A stretch of 64,000 bases of DNA from Podospora anserina (Eukaryota), in assembly GCA_017654855.1 (NCBI GenBank), contig CM030332.1:1674001-1738000 (forward strand), given 5' to 3'. Shown piece by piece: positions 36,042 through 49,086 of this stretch. A model generated the notes under the pieces. That model made no database searches. It was given only the letters and a program-made list of their open reading frames with translations, and was not told where the DNA came from. Position 1 is the first letter of the stretch, and each line of letters begins with the position of its first letter. A program made the translations under genes and the position numbers.

Positions 36042-38140
36042 ATCGACGAAATGCCCGCCAATATCGGAGCGAACTTGCATGCCGCCCTTACACATCTCCG
36101 AGATGCCTTCTTTGAGCGAATTCTCTGGATAGATGCAATCTGCATCAATCAAGAAGACGACAAGAAAAAGGGAAAATAAGTCCAAAGAATGGCCGAGATT
36201 TATAGCATGGCCGATCGTGTGGTGGTATGGCTTGGAGAGCCGGACCATAACAGTGATGAAGCATTGGAAGAAATCCGTCGGGCTGCTGCTCAGGGGTGAA
36301 GTTGGTTCTATCTTCTCTGCTATGTCTTGCTCCGAAAGTCCCAATTTAAACAACCCAAAGTGGGCCCATTCCACCTTCCCACAGTCGTTTTTCTCTTAAC
36401 TTGTATTCACTCGGCAACTTGATCGTGATGTACCGCCTCCATAACGCAACGGATCGCCGCGACAAGCTCTTTGCATTGCTTGGCATGTGCGCTGATGAGT
36501 TTCTGGGAGAAGAACGAATGCCAAATTACCAAGCCCCATGGGAGACTTTGCCGGGAAGTGTGGTGAGATATCTATTTGGGACTCAGGCGACGGTGACCAT
36601 TGTTACAGCAAAAGACATGGTGATCATCAGAAACAAGGGTACAATAATCGGCCAGCTAACATCTGTGGAAGATATGGTTGGTGCCGACAACAGGAAATTG
36701 GTGTTGATTGCTTGGTCGTCGATGAACAGCAGTAAACAGACAACGTCAAGATGGGTGGTACCGGCTACCACTGTTGTTGAGCCGGGGGACTGGCTCTGCT
36801 CAATCGAAGGGGTCCAAAAACCTGTCATATTAAGGCTTCAGGGATATTATTTCCTTGTCATTATGAGTACCACCCCCGACAACTTTGACGCGCCCAGAGA
36901 TCTTAGCTTGCAAAACTTGAATTTGCAACACGATTCTCTGATCGTCTGGAACTGGCGTCATACACCTGAGAAAACTCAACAGACACTCAAAAAGAAATTT
37001 CCAATTACGGCAAATACAGAGGCACGCAATCGCCGCCGTGCTAAATTCTAAGATGCGGTTCAGATCTTGACAGCGGTCGAGCCAGACGCGACGGTGGAAC
37101 TTCAAGGATTATTGGGTTTCTGTGCCAGTAAATTTGGCAAAGAAGACCCCTAAACGTTATCAACGTGTACATTTCTTGGAAAAAGGTGGCAAGCAAAGAA
37201 GATATTTGATGTTGCGGAAGCTGTGTTTCGAGATGTGGCACAGACAAGGGCACTAATACATTGTTCACGGCATCCAGACACGTTGAAAAGCAGGGGAGAT
37301 TTAATGGCCTGCTATAAAGACGAGTTGGACTTGACCAACAAGGATACAAGCCTCTATTCAGAAAAACATGGAGCAAGGAAAAGATATAAGATCGAACTGA
37401 GAACAGCTGTTTTGGTCGAATCTATTTCTATCTTCGAGCCAACGGCCGAATACATCACGATAAGTGAGGAAACACTCGTTGAAAGCATGGGTAAAAAGGC
37501 ATATGACTTTCGACCTCCAACTCACGACACGGGAAAGACGCTACCGTCTCAATTTGGTTTGCAAGTTCTACAATTTCTGCTTGAGCAAAGAGGAGATGAA
37601 TGCTTCATCACAGAGGAAATAATCATACGGGCAACTCGTTGGAGGAGCCCAGATTTGCTGAAACTTGTGCTCAACCATGAAGCTAGGGAGGTCAATCATG
37701 TGCCAAATCGTGCATTGTAGGCAGCTGCGAAGCATGATGACGGCCTGTTGGAAATATTCTTGAGCCGTCGACCACCGTTGCAAATTTCCACCACAGAAGA
37801 ACTCTTAGAGAGAGCTGCGTTCTGGCTTGTGGTTGGGGTCTTTGATGTTCTAGATAGTCGACCAACAGCCGTTGCTCCGATTACAGCGACTGTTCTGCTG
37901 ACAATCTATGATTCGACTCATGAATATTGGCTTGTTAAGGACTCCAACGAAGGGTACAAGGCAGATGCATATGGGATGGACAAAGTAAGGAGAGCACGGC
38001 ATATTCTGAACGTCATTCAGCGTGCACGCCAAGGGGAGGTAGAGAGGGTTGTCAGAGGGCTTTCCAATATGAACCAGGGTCTGCAAGGAAGAGTAGATCA
38101 GTTCCTGGCCCAAGTAGCGGACTGGAACATACCTACCTAG
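36042..38140 (+). pseudogene. Degenerate HET-6-like HET-domain gene
   Basis: NLHAALTHLR...ILWIDAICINQEDD...G K*VQRMAEIYSMADRVVVWLG with TAA 36177-36179; downstream ATDRRDKLFALLG; further stops at 37049 and 37718. Confidence 0.8.
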
Positions 38141-38916
38141 GTCTTCACAGCACGCACAACAGCCAAAAAAGGATCCTTCAAGAAATCAGCCCAAAACTCC
38201 GGATCATCTTTCACACACTGCGCACTCTCCAGTGACATCTCCACAATCTTTGTCAACCCAGCATTCTCATACAGCTCCTTCGACCCCCCATAGATAATCT
38301 CAAGCGAAGCAACCTCAAATTCGACCGGCTCAGGCTTGCAGTGCAAAACAGCCCAATACTTCACCCCTCCTTCAATCTCCTTGACCCAGCCCGTATGAGC
38401 CCCATACTTCCCCCTCTTGAACTCATGACTGAAGGGATTCGCATCTCTAATCCCGACAAAGATCCCCCCTGGCTTCAAATAGGCGCCAATATTGGCAAAC
38501 ATGCCCTCCAGAGTTGACCTCTTGTCGGCGTGGCTGAAGATCCAGTTCGCCATGACGACATCGTACTTTTCTCGTAGTGGGTGGTTGTACTCAGACAAAG
38601 GCTTCGAGACATCAGCTTCAAAGAACCGGATCTTGCCCTCGCGGCCGAGGGACTCTTCAATGTTGGAAGCGATTTTGAGCATCTCGGGGGAGATGTCGAC
38701 AATGTCGACTGATTCCGCGCCGTAGTCGATGCATTCTCTGGCGTGGATACCACTGCCTCCACCGAGGTCTAGGACGTGAAGGCCGGTGAGATCGCCGGGG
38801 CCGAGGGCACGGGCGATGAGTTGGGCTTCGATGATGCCGGCTGGGGTTTGAGCGTAGCCGTCGTAGGCTGTTGCGACTTGCGCGTAAGAGGTTTTGGCTT
38901 TGTCTTGCGAGGACAT
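38137..38916 (-). CDS. Class I SAM-dependent methyltransferase (ToxA-like)
   Basis: VLDLGGGSG, VDISPEML, YDVVMANWIF, YLKPGGIFVG; ATG 38916; intronless. Confidence 0.85.
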   Translation of the reverse strand: MSSQDKAKTSYAQVATAYDGYAQTPAGIIEAQLIARALGPGDLTGLHVLDLGGGSGIHARECIDYGAESVDIVDISPEMLKIASNIEESLGREGKIRFFEADVSKPLSEYNHPLREKYDVVMANWIFSHADKRSTLEGMFANIGAYLKPGGIFVGIRDANPFSHEFKRGKYGAHTGWVKEIEGGVKYWAVLHCKPEPVEFEVASLEIIYGGSKELYENAGLTKIVEMSLESAQCVKDDPEFWADFLKDPFLAVVRAVKT

Positions 38917-40001
38917 TGTGGAGTGATGGGGAAGCTTGTGGGAAGCCGCTGTCAGAGCAAGTTTGATGATGAAGGTGATTGAGTCTCTATGCAAGAACTT
39001 GGAATTTCAAGAACAAAAGCCCGGCACGTTCAACAACAGAATCCCAAGGACTTATCTTGGGGAGCGTTGAACCCCTCTCTAAGACCCCCTCATACCTTAC
39101 TTTACCCGAACAGAGACACACATCACCTATACACTTGTGATTGGGTGATAGAGCTGTCAATTTTGGAGAGAGACTGCGACACCTCCACACTCCTACCCTC
39201 CTCTAAATGCAAGATTTCGGACTATTCTTCCATTACACCAACCAAGTGTTGCGGCTTGCGCATGCTCGGATTAATATTGAGCTTGTACTACTATCGGGTT
39301 ACACGACAGCTATGTTGTGATGGCTGACTAGACAGCCATGTAGATCTTTGCCCAATTTATCAGGAAGTTAAGATGCATTCGATTTGATATTTAGCTACCA
39401 GTACTGAAATCACGAACTATGAAAGAGCTTTTGACGAGGTAAGGCATGTGGCCCGTCGGCTAAGTATGTGCTGTTGGCAACATGATGAGGAAGCAACCAT
39501 GCCCTGGAAGTGCCAGCTATTTGTCTATTATGTGGTTGCCACATAACTCCCAGAGCCATACAAATACCATCTGCATCTAGTCCTCCGAATTGCCGCAGAA
39601 TAGAATACTGATCCACACAGCACATGAACTGGCAGCTTGGCATTATGCTTCTAATTCCTCTGGACACACTCGCATATGAGTTTGTTTCATTCAAGCCAGC
39701 TCAACAAGTTTCATTTCATGGCATCGCCTGGAAAACAGGTAGCGAACAGCAAGCCCGACAGAACGGCACCACTGATCCAGATCGTGCATCACCCAAGATC
39801 AATGCAAGTAGCAACTGGGCCTGAAAATAGAACCCGGTCATCTCCCTTCGCTCTCGCCTCTGGCGACCCTTACTCCTGAAACTTTTTCACATCCTGAGCT
39901 GCCCCCCCTTTTTTTTGGGTCTCGTTATCCCGAACACGAAGCTAGCTGTCCGCTCAACGCAAAGGACTTTATCTGGACTTTCTTAAATGACTTGCAACTA
40001 T

Positions 40002-40371
40002 GACTACCTCCCCATATATTATATAAGATAAGTCACCTAACTACCCACTTAATTTAGCTAAAGCTAATACTATCCACTAAGCCCAATCGGGTACTAGATC
40101 TCGATTTTGGACTTTAAGCATAATATTTACTACGCAAGCCATACTTTTAAATCAAAAGCACGACATTCCTATATAATTATTTAAACAGTAAAAAATATCG
40201 AAGCTTTTTTAACTTTTAAAAAGCCTATTACGCTTATATATATTTTAATAGTTTATAGGGTAGGTAAGTCCCAATTGATTAATCAATAATGTATACGCGC
40301 TCGAGTACTTTGTGCAATCCAATTAGTTATTTAATTAATTGAATTGATTGCTAAGTGCGGGTAGGGTAGTC
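40002..40371. mobile_element. AT-rich, RIP-like repeat relic (transposon end or solo-LTR fragment)
   Basis: Abrupt AT/TpA-rich ~370 bp island bounded by inverted GACTACC...GGTAGTC. Confidence 0.5.
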
Positions 40372-42943
40372 TGTGCAGCCGGTGGTGAGGTGGTCCGAGT
40401 TGCAAGTCATTCTAAGCAAGTCCCTTTATCTCACCTGTTTTATCGTCCAGCATAAAGCTCTATTTCATCAAAGATATGATATCCGTATTAAAAAGCGGCA
40501 TCCTGAGCACAATTTCGGGTGCGAACCAGAAATATTGTGTTGGTGGTGTTCTTGGGGCCAAGCGATGCAACCCTCATGTCAAGGAAATGCTCCGCGAGGC
40601 GGGCGGAATAAATTGTCCAGCGAGCCGGTGGGTGCCAAGGGTTGCATTTCTTTCAACCTCTTTGCAAGTCACACCGGGTTTTGGTTTAAGCGACCGCCGA
40701 ACTCTTCTCACCACATCTACGAAAAAATATATGATGTACTATCGAGTGGTCTGCTAGAATGAGATCCTCGATAAGGGAATCGGGGGTTCCTGGTCAGAAG
40801 AAGGATTCCATCCTGAGATCTCCCCCGAGATTCGCTGACACGATCAATGGCACCTTGGCCAAGCAGGGGGGCAGACAGTCGAAGAGATTTAGGGCTTATC
40901 CCAACCGAGCTATCACATCTTGGGTTAGACTGAGGTTTTGTGAACGAAACACAAGTCGAAGCGATTGCGATGCCTGCACGCCCTGCCCTCCCACGAACCT
41001 CTCAGCTTTGTCGGCAGCAGCATCCGTTGTTGCCTTCGTTTGGCTTGCGAGGTGAGGAGGTGTGCGGCTGTCAGCAAAGTCGTATCCGTACCTGCAGCCA
41101 GATGTTTCGGCCCTTTCAGGCTTTATGTAAGACCAAGTTTTGGCGAGAACCTCCTCATCATTTCTGCTGTCGAGAGATGGATGTTGTCTGGTGGTTGCTT
41201 CTTTCTTCACTATCGTTGAACCACGCTGTTGCGAAGGATTTTCTTCTCCCAAGAGCTGCACGGCACTGCTGTGTCCCTGAAAATCGACAGCAACCCCTGT
41301 GCCACCCACTCACGGTGTGTCCGGCAGACGAGATCGATCTTCATGCTGAATGAGGGCTGTAAGATGCCAATCTCTAGCTGGTTAAAGCTCAGGAGGGAAC
41401 GCAAACAATGATTTCCCTGTGCCAGAGTTGCCACACATCTGGTTTGGTGATCAACCCCCCCTTGGCTCTCATCACTGCATTTCTCGAACACGATGAAAGC
41501 TGGAAGGATTGCTAGAAACTTGTAAAACGGCGACCTTCTCAAACGATCAAGCTTTTGCTGCGGACGCACAGACTGGCATTGACTCTGTATGTATGTATGT
41601 ACTGTGATGAGAATTGTGAAGACCAACAAGATTTCGAGGTTGAGAAGAACGCGTTTCTTCAGCTTCTTTGGAGTCGAGGGCCGAGATGGTCGGTGGGTCC
41701 CGTCCCGTGTGCACAGACAATAGCGGAGAAGAGTAAGAGAAACGTCGCAGGGCCCGGTTTGGCTTAGCGTGTGGCTTTCCACTTGTTTTCTTTTGTCTGA
41801 CTGGCTGGGCCTGCGGGGGTTGCACATCATTTCCATTTTTTTTCAACGGCCAAATATCACACTGCTCAACAAGAGATCTGTGCGCTGTTCGTGGCGCGCA
41901 TTAGGGAGACAGGGGCCACGAACCATGGAACACCATCCCTGCTCTTCTGAGCTTCTGCTTCTGGCTCTGCTCACCACCAATCACACGATGGCCGCCATCT
42001 CGGATCCAAACTCATGGCTGGAGGACGCAGCTGGTAGCACTGCAAGAGGGAAGACCTTTTACGCACTACCGAGCCGTGTCCCAGATCCAGGAACAGCGCA
42101 TGACTGGGAATGATGTGAGTCGGATACCTTTGGGAGGACGGAGTGTTTTTATGACACTGATAGATACACCAACTAAGACTGTACGTTAGCAGATCACTAC
42201 CTCGACCTCTCAAAGAGATTGTCAGGTGCCAAAAGTGGAAACTCAGCCGGACCTCTTTCCAGATCTGATACCTGCTGGATGCTCAGTCCCGCCGCCCCGG
42301 CTTGACTTGCATTGGGGCGAGAGGGACTCTGCAAAGAAAACCTGGGAAGCCCCCTCCGGATAAACTCGAGGTCCCCGGAAATCGAGCTACTGATGCAGCC
42401 ACCAGTGACGGAGCTCGCCCGCCGAGCATTGCGGCACTAGAGCGGAATCGAAGGCCTAGGCGATGCTACTCCTAGCGTAGCAGAATACCAGTTGCCATGA
42501 AATCAGAGCTCCTAGGGGGACAACCTAGACATGGGGTTATCGACGAGGGTGAATCCCAGGAGATCTGAGCGTGCAGAACGTTCGGGACAATGTAAGAATC
42601 CGGGGAACACTCCAACAAGTCGAGAACCCAAACGGCTGTGACTTATATCGCTCAGGACGCAATACTTGCAGAGAACACAACCCCTTCCCTTCCTTCTGCC
42701 GTTCGTCTTGCATCAGGCCGTGTACCAACGGCACATACCACACTCACTGACCCTGACCGACTCTAGAGGTCCGTGGTTTCCCCCGTAAGCGACGCCGGTC
42801 CGTCACGGTATATCATGGTAGTCTGCTCCCGCCGATAGCTTCCGCTGTGGACCTTCCCTTCAGGTCGTCTTGATCGTATCAGCGATCACCCTCGACTCGG
42901 CATTTCGTTCTTTCACCAGACTACATCACCACACACATACAAG

Positions 42944-44323
42944 ATGTCGGATACCTTTACACCACCAGAGGGTTTAGCACCCGAGATGTATGAATCGCGG
43001 GCCGGGGTTGTCATCGCCGTCGTGGCAGTTTGCTTGACGACGGCCACAACTGCCGTAGGGTTGCGGTCCTATTCCCGTGCGACACTGATTCGTCAATTCG
43101 GGATGGACGATTGGGCTGCTATTGTAGCCCTTCTTTTGGCGATGGGCAGTGGGATCATGGTCGCTTCAAGTACGTGGGCAGATGTCCGGTTCAAGCCAAC
43201 ATACCTGACTGACCATCATCTTCTTAGATACAATTTATGGACATGGCAAACACATCGCGGTCGTGGACGGGTCTCAGCTGTGGAAATATTTCAGGGTACG
43301 TCTGCTCCAAGCCATATTACCTACTTTGGGTAGCAACATGTTCTAACCAACCTTGATAGACATTCTACACCTCCATCGTCCTCTATAACGGGTCATTGAC
43401 AGCTATCAAAATCACCTTCCTCCTCCAATACTGGCGCATTCTCGGGACACCACAGATGAGAAAGGTGGTGATGTTTGCTGGAATCATTGTTGCCTTGTGG
43501 TCCATCTCCCAACTACTCGTCGTCATCTTCACCTGCACGCCCATCGAGAAGTTTTGGCTGCCAGAAACGCCGGGAACTTGCATTCCCAACCTGCCTTTCT
43601 GGTATATCAACGCGGCCGGCAACATTGTTACCGATGTTATCGTTTTTGTCGTTCCTTTGCCAGCTCTTAGCAAGCTGAACCTGAAGAAGAACCAAAAGGT
43701 CGCATTGATCGGTATCTTTTGCTTGGGTTTCTTTGTGAGTCCCTCTCTCGTCTCACCGCTCTTCTCACATTTTGCTGACCTTTTGGCCACAGACCTGCGC
43801 CATCTCCGTTATCCGCATCCAGTACCTCCGCCTCAGCGAGGATGTCACATGGGACAACGTCGCCTCCTCATGCTGGTCCGTCGGTGAGCTCTGCTCCGGC
43901 ATCACCTGTGCCTGCCTCCCTACTCTCCGCCCTCTAGTCGCCAAGATCTTTCCCTCTATGAACTCGAGCAACGACAGCTACGGCAGCTATCAAAAGTCCT
44001 CCGGCCGTGATGGGACGGCCCCAAGCAAGAGCAAGAGATCCCGCAACGAGACAGGGAGCACGAGGAGCATCATCTACCCCGAGGATGTGGAGCTCCAGAG
44101 CGATGACAGGTCAGACAAGGAGGTCAGGGTGGACAGGGTGGAGGACCACGCGCAGTATGGGGATGCGGTGAGCAAGCTCAAGCTGGGTCTCAAGCCTTCG
44201 GTCACTACGGAGATCAAGGTCGGGACACCTGGGTCGACTTCTTCGAGACCGGTACCGAGTTCGCAGTGGGGTAGGGGGATTGAGGTGAAGCATGATTTGG
44301 TTGTTACCAAGGAGGGGTTCTAA
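42944..44323 (+). CDS. Pth11-like (fungal rhodopsin-domain) integral membrane protein without CFEM; exons 42944-43169, 43228-43295, 43360-43734, 43793-44323
   Basis: LRSYSR...FGMDDW, GHGKH, KITFLLQYWRI, FTCTPIEKFW, NIVTDV, SVGELCSGITCACLPTLRP; three canonical introns. Confidence 0.9.
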
Positions 44324-45039
44324 GTTTCTTTTGTTTTGTTGTTGTTCTTGTACAAAAAAGGTTTTGCTCTGGTAATAGATGGATGGGATATGTTAGGAAC
44401 GAGGATTATACCCGGTGGGCTGTGTCAAAGTACACGATGGACCAGTTACGAAATATAAAAAAGTAAAATGAAAAAAAAAACATTTCAGAATACCATCACA
44501 CTGATAGTGGTAGTTAACCGGTGTAGTTGGTGTTGTAAGCGAACCGTGCCGCTCCCGTTCCCAACAACATTAGCCACATCGGCTTGGAGTGACGCTATTG
44601 GGGCGAGTATAGATAGAGTGGCATCCTTCCCGTGGGCCTGTGCCGCAGTTTATTGTGACCCGGTACACGGTCTTGGTGTCGTACTGTGTGGTAGGTCGCT
44701 TAGGTAGGTATTCAGGATGGTGTACAGAAACACGAAAAGGTCAAAGCGGCACCCTCATTTATTTCACACGTCATCTAACTCTCCAGAGGTTCCTTCAAAG
44801 CCAAAGCACCTAGACCATCGGGAAAGGACCGACTCAAGCTATGAAGTCACTGCCCCTCTAGTCGTACACAACAGAGCCAAAATCTACGCCACCGATCCTC
44901 TACAACATCCACTAGAGCCACACACTGCACAGCCTTTTTTTTTCTGGTCATATCATCATTTTCCATTCATCTATAATCGGGCATCTCCCAAAATCCAAAC
45001 CAGGGTATCGCTTATTCAAAACCATTACTCTCCCCCGAT

Positions 45040-46886
45040 CTAGTACTTGTACCTATCCTCTCCCTCCCTCTTCTGAAACTTATTCAACAACCAATACTGC
45101 GCATTCGCCACGATCGACATGAAAAGCGAAGCTGAGCAAAGCGCAACAATAATCGTCCACCCAGTCCTATAAACAGGCGCATCATGCGCTTGGAAGATTT
45201 GCGAGCCAGCAATACCAGCAATGTTCGCGCCCATGACAAAGATAGCCATAGTGATGGAGCGCTCGCCGGCAGATCTGGCGTTGAGGGAGAGCCAGGCTCC
45301 GTTGACGGCGTCTGAATCATATCTGTCAGTGATATCGACTGGAAATGAGATGGGGGGGTAACATACGCCAATTGGCCATAAAAGCAGTAGCCATAGTCAA
45401 GAAACCGAACCGGAGGTCTCTATTAGGGGAGGTGATCAGGAGGCGGTTTCCAAGCTGGAAGACCCAGAGACCCAAGACACCAAGGAACACCATCAGCCCT
45501 CTCTTGCTGTACTTATCCGCGAGCCAGCCCCAGAGGAGGTTGAGGACCAAGAGAATCCATGCGCCGATTGTCATCATGGCGTTGGACTGCAGTCTGCCGT
45601 AGCCGAAGCCGATGACGAGGGTGGGGGCATAGGCACCCAGGGCATGAGCGGAAGCCATTCCGAGGATGGTGGTGAGGAAGTGAGGGAGGATGCGCCAGTT
45701 GGTGAACTGTTGTTTTTGGTTAGTCTTGGTTGCTGGCCCAGGTGAGATTGGCCGGACTTACAGTATCCTTCACTTCACCCCAGCTGACATGTTGTCTAGG
45801 CTGGAGCTTGGACGGGTCGTCCTTGAAGACGCGTGCTTGCAGAATCGCAGACTCTCTCTCGGTGAAGTAGCGGAAGCTCTTGCCTGCGATCAAGGATCTT
45901 GGGTTGGCTGGGGACTGGGGGAAGAAGGCGATGAAGATGAGGCCGACGACAATGGTAAAGAGGCCTTCGAGAAGGAACAGCCATTGCCACCCAGAGAGAC
46001 CGGCAATACCTCTCATGTGCAAACTGTAGATAAGGTCAGAAAAGTTTCAAATAAGACGGTCAACATGCCGAACATACATTCCATAAGCAATGAGACCTGA
46101 GCAAGCGCCGGCAAAGAGGTTGCCGAGGAAGTAGTAGGAGAACCGCCTCGAAATCTCACTGCGCTTGTACCACCGGGTCATGGTGTAAAGACCGGCAGGA
46201 ATAAAACCAGCTTCACAGAGACTGTAATATCAAGATTAGTCTCTCTTTCAATGTGGCATATCCCGAGGTAGCAGGGACATACCCAAGAAGCAATCTGGTC
46301 GTCAGATATGGCCCCAAGCCCTTCCCCTTGATAAAGGCTTGAAAGGTAGCGACTGCACCCCAGGCAAGAATCTGGCAGCCAATCCATAGGGTTGGGCCAA
46401 CACGATACAGGATGATGTTGCTGGGAATCTATGACTTGTTAGTCTGAAGCTCAGACATATGGTTGATGGTGACCTACTTCGAGAAGCACGATGCCTGTAG
46501 ACAGCAGCTGCTGGCCGATGTTGAACTGAAACTGTGTGATTCCCACTTCTTGCATGAAAAAATCCGTCATGGCATTGCCGCTTGATTAAACGTATGTTAG
46601 TCATGGTGATAGAAATAAGGGCATGATGGCTCAACTTACATGTTTCCGCGATCTATTTGGAGGGCAAAGAAACCAAGGATCAAGAGAGGCATGATGAGAA
46701 AGTCAACCCTGAAAGAGTCAAGTCAACAATGGTTCATGATGTCAGTTCAAGGACATGGAAAGCGTACCTTCGAAGCAGTGCCTTCTCCTCTTCCTCTGTC
46801 CAGGTGATTTCTTGTCCATCGTCGTCGGTGAAGCTCTGGCTCACACTGCTCGCTGTCACCTTCTCAAGTTGCTTTTCGTCGGCCAT
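45040..46886 (-). CDS. MFS transporter, allantoate/ACS (Dal5) family, AstA/Soa1-like sulfonate/sulfate transporter; multi-exon
   Basis: WTEEEEKALLRR/VDFLIMP...FFALQIDRGNI, EIPSNI, GLSGWQWLFLLEG, SQIFQAHDAPVY; several GT..AG introns (not all resolved). Confidence 0.85.
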
Positions 46887-47838
46887 TTTGCGTCGACTGG
46901 GTATCACAAACAAAATCAAACAAAAAAGTGAAACAGATAGCGCAAAGGAAAACGCTGAGCACTTGAAAAGGCGCCGAGGAAAGTGATGATCGACTTCTTG
47001 CATGCAACGCAACGTCTTGCTACCTATCTATACTCCAAATGTGAATCCATGGCCCAACCGATTCGACATGGGGTTCAAGTTCGATGGAGCATTCTTTTTC
47101 ACTAAAACTTAGGTACGTCCTCGGCTTTCCTCATGCGCCTAACTTGTTAGCATCTTGAATTTCAGTGAGCTGGAAACACGAAAACGAGCCATTGCAACGA
47201 ATATCGACCCTGTAATTGAATTCACATGTCGTAAGAAAGCGGTGGTGCAGGCGTGGTGCAGCAAATGTGCAGGGGTTTGCGCCAGTTTGGCGTGCTTGAT
47301 GCCATCGACATGGAGAGGCACGTCATCTGTCACCATCGTGGGTTTCCACCTTCGGTCTCTTGAAATACCACCAAAACCCCCTCGCTCGGTATACACTCCC
47401 GTAACGGCACCGGCCTAGTGCTGCATCATGCATACGAACGGTGTGGGATTGGTTCGGCGTCTGATAATGCCATTTGATGCCTGCATCGTCTCATGGCTCT
47501 CTGTCGTCGGCGTTGGGTGACTGAAGGCCTGGACCAGCAGATTGGGACGGCATTTGAATGGCACTCCAAGCCATCATGGAAACCTCGGATTTAAGCGGGC
47601 ATAATATCGTGATAGCAAAGGATGTCCAAAAGTTGCATCATGGGGAGAATGCCGAAAGCTGGGTGTTTGAGACGATATTTGAAGGGCGAGATGCGTCGTT
47701 GGGCATGTTGGACTGATGAAGACTGGAGAACTGAACTGACTTGAGCTGAAGACGACCCCGATCCAAGACTCTAGAACGCACCTTCCTGACCAAAGATATC
47801 CACAGTCCACATCAAACTGGGAAGTTTCGGCCGCAAAC

Positions 47839-49086
47839 ATGGCCCACCTTGCTGCACGCGCCAATGTTTCCCCGGACTCGGGATTTCCAGTCACCCTCCA
47901 CCCACACTTCAACCTCAAGATCAAAGATCATGTCCCTCCAGAGCCACCACACAAAGAGCGAACCCCAGCGCCCGACAGAGGTCTCTTTGCCAACCCCGAC
48001 AAGCCATCGTTGCTCTCGATCCCCGGTATCAAAGTGGTTCCATTGACCGAATCGATTGGAACCGTCCTGGAGAATGTCCAGCTCTCCGCCTTGACACCAC
48101 AACAGCTCGATGAGCTTGCTCTGCTGGTCAACGAACGCGGTGTGGTCTTCTTCCGCTCTCAAGATCTGACCACTGAAGGTCAGGTCAAACTCTTTGAACA
48201 CTATGGAGAGCTCGACCGTCACCCGTCTCAGAAAGACACGCGCCATCATGTCATCAGAGGCAGCACCATAGATCACAGGGAGATATTGGCCTACACCCCT
48301 TGGCCAAGCGGCGATTTCCATGCCGACACCTCTTTCGAGATCAACCCGCCATCTTACTCGATGCTCAGAATGGAAGAGCACCCGCCTGTTGGTGGTGACA
48401 CGGCGTGGGTATCGTCTTATGGTCTGTACGATACTCTGTCGGATGCCATGAAGTATGCTCATTGTAGTCACTGCTCCCATATGTCTTTTGTGTCCTGACA
48501 AAGCGTAAACAGAAACTTTTTGTCCGGTCTTCACGCCGTTCACACCTCTCGTCTTCAATACGACACCATCCTCGACCTTTGGCAAGTGCCTCCCAACCGG
48601 GCCCCAATCGACACCCACCACCCCGCTGTTCGGACTCATCCAGTCACTGGCCTCCGGGCACTGAACGTCAACCCCGGCTTTGTCACGGGCTTCGCCGAGT
48701 TGAAGAAATATGAAGGCGATAAGATTTTGGACTTCTTGAACTATCACATCCATTCTGCGGATGACCATTATGTACGATTCAAGTGGGAGGTGGGGAGTGT
48801 TGCGTTGTGGGACAACCGAGCCGTGGTTCATCGCGTAATTCCCGGATCGTACGAGACCCCTAGGAGAGGCATTAGAACGACTGTTTTTGGAGAAAAGCGT
48901 ATGTACTACTGGTGCATTGTGTCGGAGTGTTGATCGAATTGATAGCTGACGTGAACTTGAACAGCATACTTCGATCCGAAGAGCGAGGGAAGGTTGGAGA
49001 GACAAAAGAGGCTAAAAACTGAGAAAGAGAACGAAGATAAAGCCAATGGTGTCAATGGAACCAACGGCAATGGGGTCAGCCACTGA
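47839..49086 (+). CDS. TauD/TfdA-family alpha-ketoglutarate/Fe(II) dioxygenase (Jlp1-like sulfonate dioxygenase); exons 47839-48452, 48513-48898, 48965-49086
   Basis: ERGVVFFRSQ, FHADTSFE (HxD), GGDTAW, HPAVRTHPVTG, WDNRAVVH. Confidence 0.92.

Noticed and set aside
47812..49005. 397-aa minus-strand ORF over the TauD gene
   Set aside because: Antisense shadow
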